Virus record (IMG/VR): IMGVR_UViG_3300044729_001198
Coordinates: 122,632-186,631 of that record
DNA: 64,000 nucleotides
Source of the DNA: a virus
Reading direction: 5' to 3' (one strand)
Shown piece by piece: positions 58,154-64,000 of this stretch. The position numbers and the translations under genes were made by a program. The notes beneath the pieces are model-generated. The model made no database searches, was not told the DNA's origin, and worked only from the letters and a program-made list of their open reading frames with translations. The stretch's first letter is position 1, and every line of letters starts with the position of its first letter.

Positions 58154-61100
58154 TTAGAACAAATATTTGTAAGTTTCTACAATCCAAACACGGTCACCAT
58201 TTACCCAACCATGTTTTTTGAATGTTAATTTTTGTAAAGAATTATCCCACTCAAAATAACCACCAGCAAGTTCATTACCCTTATCGCCTTTTGCATTTGT
58301 ACCACCTTGAGCGCCTTGGTTACCTTGACCCCCAACAGCACCATCATACGTTCCTTCAGGAGCAGCGGGAGCGGAACTTCCTTGAGCTCCAGTAATACCC
58401 TTTACACCTTGAGCTCCTTGAGCGCCAGTAGCACCAGCAGCACCTTGAGCACCTTGGTGACCTGTATTTCCCTTTGTACCTTGAGCGCCTTGAGGACCAG
58501 TAGCACCAGCAGCACCTTGAGCGCCTTGGTTACCCTTTGTACCAACAGCACCTTGAGCACCTTGAGCGCCGGTAGCACCTGCGGAACCCTGAGCTCCTTG
58601 AGCACCAGTAGCTCCTTGAGCTCCTTGAGCGCCAGTAGCACCAACAGCACCCTGAGCGCCTTGGTTACCCTTTGTACCAACAGCACCTTGAGCACCTTGA
58701 GCGCCGGTAGCGCCCGCAGCACCTTGAGCGCCGGTAGCGCCCTTTGAACCAGTAGCACCTTGAGCCCCTTTTGTTCCATGGATACCGTTAGGAGTTTCAG
58801 TTATGGATAGGCCTGTGAAATATCTCCAAGCGCCGGTTGTTCCTGATGGAGCATATCCAACGTACCAATGATGTTCTCCGGTTGCGTCTGCTGTGGACGT
58901 AAATGAATATTTCTTTCTATACCATGTTAGTGTAGTACCAAGTTCGGATGAATATAAATCTTTTTGGTCTATAATTGTTCCATCTTCTACACCAGTAGAA
59001 AAGTGACCACCACCACTAGCAAATTGCCTCATGTGGAACATACCATAATTTGCACCACTACCAGCCCAGTTTACATCGTAAGCTACCCAAATTTCAAGGG
59101 TATATGCAGTAGATGGTTTTACAAAAAATTCAGTAACTTGATATTCAGCAGCACCAGAGCTATCTTGTCGAAGTACATAAGCAGAATTAGCCGATTGTGG
59201 ATTATTAGATAATCCAAATGCTTGAGTAGTAGCATTATGACCCGTATAATACAAGTCTATATTGTTAGCAGCACCAATTGCAGCAAAGTTAGGGTCTAAC
59301 ACTTTATTACCAGCATAACCTTGAGCACCTTGAGCACCTTGGTTACCGGTGTTTCCTTTAGGACCTGTAGCACCTGCGGCTCCTTGAGACCCCTGATTAC
59401 CTTGTGCTCCAACATTTCCGGTTGAACCAATACCACCACCTGAACCAATAAGTCCGGTAGCCCCTTGAGCACCTTGTGAGCCGGTAGCCCCTTGAGCCCC
59501 AGTAGCACCTGCGGCTCCTTGAGCACCCGTAACTCCAGTAGCACCCGTATTTCCTTTTGGTCCAGTAGCACCTGCGGCCCCTTGAGAACCAGTAGCACCC
59601 TGACCCCCACCTACACCTGTATTTCCTTTAGCACCCGTAGCACCAGCAGCTCCTTGAGAACCAGTAGCACCTTGAGAACCTTGAACACCCTTGTTTCCTT
59701 TAGCACCAGCAGCACCACCACCACCACAATAGAAATCTAAATAGGTGTTATTATTTGATGTACCATATGTAGCATTATCACACGTTAAATTTGTAAGAAC
59801 AATTGTGAATCGCTGATTACCTGAATCATATGTATTGGATACAACTTGGAATTCACCAAATGCTGGGTCTGGAAATCCTTGACCAATATCAAGTCTACAT
59901 CCATTATTTACCGTGATTAAATATGAATATCTATCCGTACTGGTAAACCAAGAATATCTACTAACAACTATAGTAGTTAGTGAACATGAATTTGTGTTAT
60001 TAAATGATATTTGACCAGTACCAACCGCACCGGAAGTTGCTTGCCAATAAGTTGATAAGGTAGTTGGTGTTGTTCCCGGAGCACCTTGAGCACCGGTAAT
60101 TCCTTTAGGGCCCGTAGCACCTGCCGCTCCTTGAGACCCCTGATTACCTTGTGCTCCAATGGTTCCAGTAGGACCAACTCCCCCACCCGAACCAATAAGT
60201 CCGGTAGCACCTTGAGAACCTTGTGGGCCGGTGGCTCCTTGTGGACCAGTAGCACCAGCAGAACCTTGTGAACCGGTAGCTCCTTGTGGGCCGGTAGAAC
60301 CCGTGTTTCCTTTAGGACCTGTAGCACCAGCAGCTCCTTGAGAACCTTGAACGCCAGTAGCACCTTTCGGACCTTGAGCGCCAGTAGCACCTGCCGCTCC
60401 TTGAGGACCTGCGTTACCTTGAGCACCTATAGCACCAGTAGCACCCGTATCACCACTTCCACCTAAAATACCTTTTGAACCTTGTGGACCTGTTGCTCCC
60501 GTACTTCCTTTTGAACCAGTATCACCAGTAGCGCCTTGTGGACCTTGAGGGCCGGTTGGGCCTTGAGGGCCAGTTGGGCCGGTTGGGCCTGTATTACCTT
60601 GAGAACCAATCGGACCTAATGCACCTGACCTACCAAGTTCAGATGTATATTGATACCAAGTACCACCACCCGATTCAGATGGACGTTTCCAAAAGACTCT
60701 CATACCTTCACCACCACCATATTCTTGAGTTCTTACCAAAAATGAATAAGCAGTGCCAGCGGTTAATGAAATTGTACCTGTAGTTGTTCCCAATGCTGGA
60801 GTACCTCTACCACCATAAAATGATGCTACAATAGTTCCATTAATAAATAAATCAATTGAGTCATCGGATTCCGCTGTAAAAGTATATGTTCCGGTTTCGG
60901 ATGGTATAAACGTCCCCCAAGCTCTAACGGAAAAGAATTCACCTGAATTTGGAACACTTACCCCAGCACCAGTCAATGTAGTATAGGATGTCCAATCAAG
61001 AATTGTTGCGGCATTTACAATACCTTGTGAGTGTAATGTTGAATTTGTATATGCAGCATCGAAGAACTTACCAAAGTCATTTGAGTTTGTTGGATAAACA

Positions 61101-63622
61101 CCATATTGTGATGTAGAACCATTTCCGGCATGAGTTGACCATACTTGATAGTTTAAAGTAGCAGAACCAAACGCAGTACCCTTTTGACCTTGTGGGCCAG
61201 TACCACCTTGAGCACCCGTTGCGCCAGTAGCTCCTTGTGGGCCAGTAGCCCCTTGTGGGCCAGTAGCCCCTTGAGCTCCAGTAACACCAATATCTCCCTC
61301 TCCACCAGTAGTACCAACAGCACCTGTAGTTCCTTTTGCACCCGTACCACCTTGAGCGCCCGTTGAGCCGGTAGCACCTTGAGGGCCGGTAGCACCTTGA
61401 GGACCTTGAGGGCCAGTAGCTCCTTGAGGACCTGTAGCTCCTTTATTACCCTGTGGACCTTCACCACCTTGACCACCAGTAGCACCAGTAGTTCCTTTTG
61501 AACCAGTCCCACCTTGTGGACCTTGTGGGCCAGTTCCACCTTGTGGGCCGGTGGCACCTTGTGGGCCGGTGGCACCTGTAGAACCTTGAGCGCCGGTAGC
61601 ACCTGTTGGACCAGTACCACCTTGTGGACCTTGTGGACCAGTACCACCTTGAGCTCCGATAGCCCCTTGAGCTCCAGTAGCACCTTGTGGGCCAGTTGGC
61701 CCAGTACCACCCTGAACGCCTTGAGAACCTTGTGGGCCGGTAGCCCCCTGTGCTCCTTGAGCTCCTTGGTCACCAGTTATACCAATAGCACCATAATTGT
61801 TACACCACTTTACATCTTGTACAGCAGCATTACCTGAATAAAACGATGAATCTAAATAGAATGTTGCGCCAGCACCATGGTTTACACTTCGTCTGATAAC
61901 ACCATCTAAAATATAATGTACATACTGACCATCGTAGTATATAGCAAATGTAGTTACACCATTTGTGTATCCAAATGATAAATCGGTTACAAAGTTACAA
62001 CTCTCATAAATTTGAACACCACCACCGGCATATGGATACCATGCGTAATCTATAGAACAATAAGAAGCATCAGCAGCAGGGTCGGTATTTAAACCAACCA
62101 TTTTATATGTGTAGTTTGTAGATTTAAATTCTACATATGCGCCAGCGCCATATCCTAAATCAGAATATACACCACCACCCCAAGAACCAGCACCTTGTTT
62201 TGCAAATGATTGAACAGCTGTATTGTTGTTTGTTATTGCGACTGCTTGTCCGTTGTTAGTTGATGGATACGAACATCCCTCATATCCTTGTGGACCGGTA
62301 GCTCCTTGTGGACCAGTAGCGCCAGTACCACCTTGTGGACCGGTAGCACCAGTAGCACCTTGTAACCCCTCTCCACCGAAATCACCTTGTACGCCAGTTG
62401 GGCCTGTAGCACCGGTGGCGCCTTGTGGGCCTGTAGCACCTTGTGGGCCAGTAGGGCCTCCGTTACCACCAAATCCGGTGATACCTTTCGGACCTTGTAC
62501 ACCAATTTCACCTTGTGGTCCGGTTGCTCCAACTGCTCCGGCTGGACCCGTAGAACCACCACTACCTTTAGTACCCTTGAGACCAGCAGGCCCTAAAGCA
62601 CCTTGAGCACCAACAGCACCGGTTGGTCCCGGAGGTCCTCCAGAACCACCAACACCTACAGCACCTTGAGCTCCCTGCGGGCCGTTTGCTCCTTTTGGAC
62701 CAACAGCACCTTGAGAACCGCGTGAACCGGTTGGACCTGTAGAGCCGGTAGCACCCTTTGCGCCAGTAGCTCCAGTTGGACCAGTACCACCTTGTGGACC
62801 AGTACCACCTTGTGGGCCAGTAGGACCGGTATTACCCGTAATACCTTTTGAACCTTGAGGGCCGGTTGGACCTGTCGATGTATCAGGGTCACCACTTGGA
62901 CAAGCACCACAACCACCACCGAAACAAGATTGAACGTTACCATCGATATTACCACCGTTATTATAACCTGGAGGTATACCATCGAAACGGCCAAATTCTT
63001 GAACTTGATAGCAACATCCATCATCCATAGTGACAGCATCACCACAAGCACACCAATTGTCTATAGCATAATATTGAGCGGTAGAATTACTATCATATAC
63101 GTTTGAACAACCCGGGTCACATGCGTTTAATAGCCAATAACACGTTGAATTATGTACTATATATCCATTCAGTATATAAACGTCATCTGGTTCTATACCA
63201 ATTTTATGTAAGATTTCTGAATTAGTATCAGTATATGCGTCTTCGAGTAATTCTTCTGATAAAGAACCACTTTCATATTTTATTAGATAGTCACTACCTA
63301 CTTGTAAATCTTGTGATGATTTGAATCTATATGTGTTGGTAGAATCTTTTACAAGAATTTTTTTACCATATCCAACTGATAACGAGTCGTTGAATACCGC
63401 AAATTCTTCAGCAGTAGAACCACTTGTATTAAATACAACTGAAGCTGAAGTTATCTGAATTTCACTTAAAGAGGAACCTGTCCAATTTGTTGAAGATATT
63501 TCAGAAAAGTCAGTTCCAGATAAATGGACTGCTGTTACTAAAGTTCCTGTGGTAATGTTCTGAAGTTGTTCAGAACCACCACCCCATAAATTGACTAATT
63601 GATTCCCTTTAAATCCTGACAT
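58154..63622 (-). CDS. Giant collagen-like fibre protein with N-terminal Hint domain, Cys-rich segment and interspersed globular (PA14, lectin/CBM-like) domains
   Basis: Five G-X-Y blocks; PA14 F..R..G......G.YTF...SDD...L.I; Hint C-terminal block LNGYIVHN|S. Confidence 0.88.
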   Translation of the reverse strand: MSGFKGNQLVNLWGGGSEQLQNITTGTLVTAVHLSGTDFSEISSTNWTGSSLSEIQITSASVVFNTSGSTAEEFAVFNDSLSVGYGKKILVKDSTNTYRFKSSQDLQVGSDYLIKYESGSLSEELLEDAYTDTNSEILHKIGIEPDDVYILNGYIVHNSTCYWLLNACDPGCSNVYDSNSTAQYYAIDNWCACGDAVTMDDGCCYQVQEFGRFDGIPPGYNNGGNIDGNVQSCFGGGCGACPSGDPDTSTGPTGPQGSKGITGNTGPTGPQGGTGPQGGTGPTGATGAKGATGSTGPTGSRGSQGAVGPKGANGPQGAQGAVGVGGSGGPPGPTGAVGAQGALGPAGLKGTKGSGGSTGPAGAVGATGPQGEIGVQGPKGITGFGGNGGPTGPQGATGPQGATGATGPTGVQGDFGGEGLQGATGATGPQGGTGATGPQGATGPQGYEGCSYPSTNNGQAVAITNNNTAVQSFAKQGAGSWGGGVYSDLGYGAGAYVEFKSTNYTYKMVGLNTDPAADASYCSIDYAWYPYAGGGVQIYESCNFVTDLSFGYTNGVTTFAIYYDGQYVHYILDGVIRRSVNHGAGATFYLDSSFYSGNAAVQDVKWCNNYGAIGITGDQGAQGAQGATGPQGSQGVQGGTGPTGPQGATGAQGAIGAQGGTGPQGPQGGTGPTGATGAQGSTGATGPQGATGPQGGTGPQGPQGGTGSKGTTGATGGQGGEGPQGNKGATGPQGATGPQGPQGATGPQGATGSTGAQGGTGAKGTTGAVGTTGGEGDIGVTGAQGATGPQGATGPQGATGATGAQGGTGPQGQKGTAFGSATLNYQVWSTHAGNGSTSQYGVYPTNSNDFGKFFDAAYTNSTLHSQGIVNAATILDWTSYTTLTGAGVSVPNSGEFFSVRAWGTFIPSETGTYTFTAESDDSIDLFINGTIVASFYGGRGTPALGTTTGTISLTAGTAYSFLVRTQEYGGGEGMRVFWKRPSESGGGTWYQYTSELGRSGALGPIGSQGNTGPTGPTGPQGPTGPQGPQGATGDTGSKGSTGATGPQGSKGILGGSGDTGATGAIGAQGNAGPQGAAGATGAQGPKGATGVQGSQGAAGATGPKGNTGSTGPQGATGSQGSAGATGPQGATGPQGSQGATGLIGSGGGVGPTGTIGAQGNQGSQGAAGATGPKGITGAQGAPGTTPTTLSTYWQATSGAVGTGQISFNNTNSCSLTTIVVSRYSWFTSTDRYSYLITVNNGCRLDIGQGFPDPAFGEFQVVSNTYDSGNQRFTIVLTNLTCDNATYGTSNNNTYLDFYCGGGGAAGAKGNKGVQGSQGATGSQGAAGATGAKGNTGVGGGQGATGSQGAAGATGPKGNTGATGVTGAQGAAGATGAQGATGSQGAQGATGLIGSGGGIGSTGNVGAQGNQGSQGAAGATGPKGNTGNQGAQGAQGYAGNKVLDPNFAAIGAANNIDLYYTGHNATTQAFGLSNNPQSANSAYVLRQDSSGAAEYQVTEFFVKPSTAYTLEIWVAYDVNWAGSGANYGMFHMRQFASGGGHFSTGVEDGTIIDQKDLYSSELGTTLTWYRKKYSFTSTADATGEHHWYVGYAPSGTTGAWRYFTGLSITETPNGIHGTKGAQGATGSKGATGAQGAAGATGAQGAQGAVGTKGNQGAQGAVGATGAQGAQGATGAQGAQGSAGATGAQGAQGAVGTKGNQGAQGAAGATGPQGAQGTKGNTGHQGAQGAAGATGAQGAQGVKGITGAQGSSAPAAPEGTYDGAVGGQGNQGAQGGTNAKGDKGNELAGGYFEWDNSLQKLTFKKHGWVNGDRVWIVETYKYLF

Positions 63623-63635
63623 ATAACCTTTTTAA

Positions 63636-64000
63636 TTAGTATGCTGAACCACTTAAATACATATGAACCACATATGTGTTTCCACCATTGTTAAATGTTA
63701 AATACCCACGAGTTGCGTTCCACGAAAGTCCCGGAGATACACCACTAATCAAAGTACCAAGAGCAGCATCGCCCTTTTGACCTTTAGCACCTTGAGCGCC
63801 GGTAGCGCCGGTAGCACCTTGAGCTCCTTGAGCTCCAGTAAAGTTTGAACCAACAGCGCCTTGAGCTCCTTGAGGACCTACAGCACCTTGAGCACCTTGA
63901 GGTGAAGCACCTTGAGCGCCAGTAGCACCTTGAGCACCTTGAGCACCAACAGCACCTTGAGCGCCAGTAGGAGATGCTCCTTGAGCGCCAGTAGCACCTT
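63636..64000 (-). CDS. 3' end of a second collagen-like protein (partial)
   Basis: Manual translation [14 protein letters not shown]...[12 protein letters not shown]...[29 protein letters not shown]; stop at 63636-63638. Confidence 0.85.
   Translation of the reverse strand, partial: GATGAQGASPTGAQGAVGAQGAQGATGAQGASPQGAQGAVGPQGAQGAVGSNFTGAQGAQGATGATGAQGAKGQKGDAALGTLISGVSPGLSWNATRGYLTFNNGGNTYVVHMYLSGSAY

Noticed and set aside
543-58221. Plus-strand ORFs in the track
   Set aside because: All are antisense to well-supported minus-strand genes and lack recognisable motifs.
58307-63106. Many overlapping ORFs in other frames or on the opposite strand within the collagen gene
   Set aside because: Shadow ORFs caused by the stop-poor G-X-Y codon periodicity; low-complexity products.
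53846-63622. Eukaryotic contamination or chimera explaining the collagen and PLOD-like genes
   Set aside because: No introns; overlapping or closely spaced genes; same late motif and strand as the adjoining phage neck genes. Read-level confirmation is still advisable.
1-64000. Stop-codon reassignment, tRNA or rRNA genes
   Set aside because: Genes tile the strand intact under the standard code; no cloverleaf or rRNA-like segment recognised in the short intergenic gaps (tRNAscan not run).

Overview
This window is 64 kb of a large T4-like (myovirus, contractile-tail) dsDNA bacteriophage genome. Essentially all real genes lie on the minus strand. In plus-strand order the modules are: (1) a ~10 kb glycan synthesis/tailoring island (1-10.3 kb); (2) a T4-like replication and nucleotide metabolism block (clamp loader, sliding clamp, PolB, RNR, helicase, 5'-3' exonuclease, RecA, SSB, plus a second PolA-like gene), interleaved with candidate DNA-modification genes (three Mom-like GNAT enzymes, a DUF4338/DruA-like protein, a GT-B enzyme coupled to PolB, DUF1599, a MazG-like protein) and a restriction-endonuclease-like gene between two Mom paralogues; (3) small early genes; (4) baseplate, tape measure, tube, sheath and neck genes; (5) giant collagen-like fibre genes next to a GT4+GT25(COLGALT-like)+PLOD-like lysyl hydroxylase fusion, a GT2 and a second 2OG-Fe(II) oxygenase. 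Ten promoters of the form (T/C)TTG-N19/20-TAnnTT(T/A)(G/A) point to a Bacteroidota host. Structural genes are preceded by TATTTAT(A/T), the reverse complement of the T4 late promoter. The two best candidates for new systems are an animal-like collagen maturation cassette (including a self-cleaving Hint prodomain) and a Mom-REase-Mom locus with possible sliding-clamp-tethered DNA modification. All family assignments come from motifs recognised by eye; no database searches were run, so novelty is unverified.
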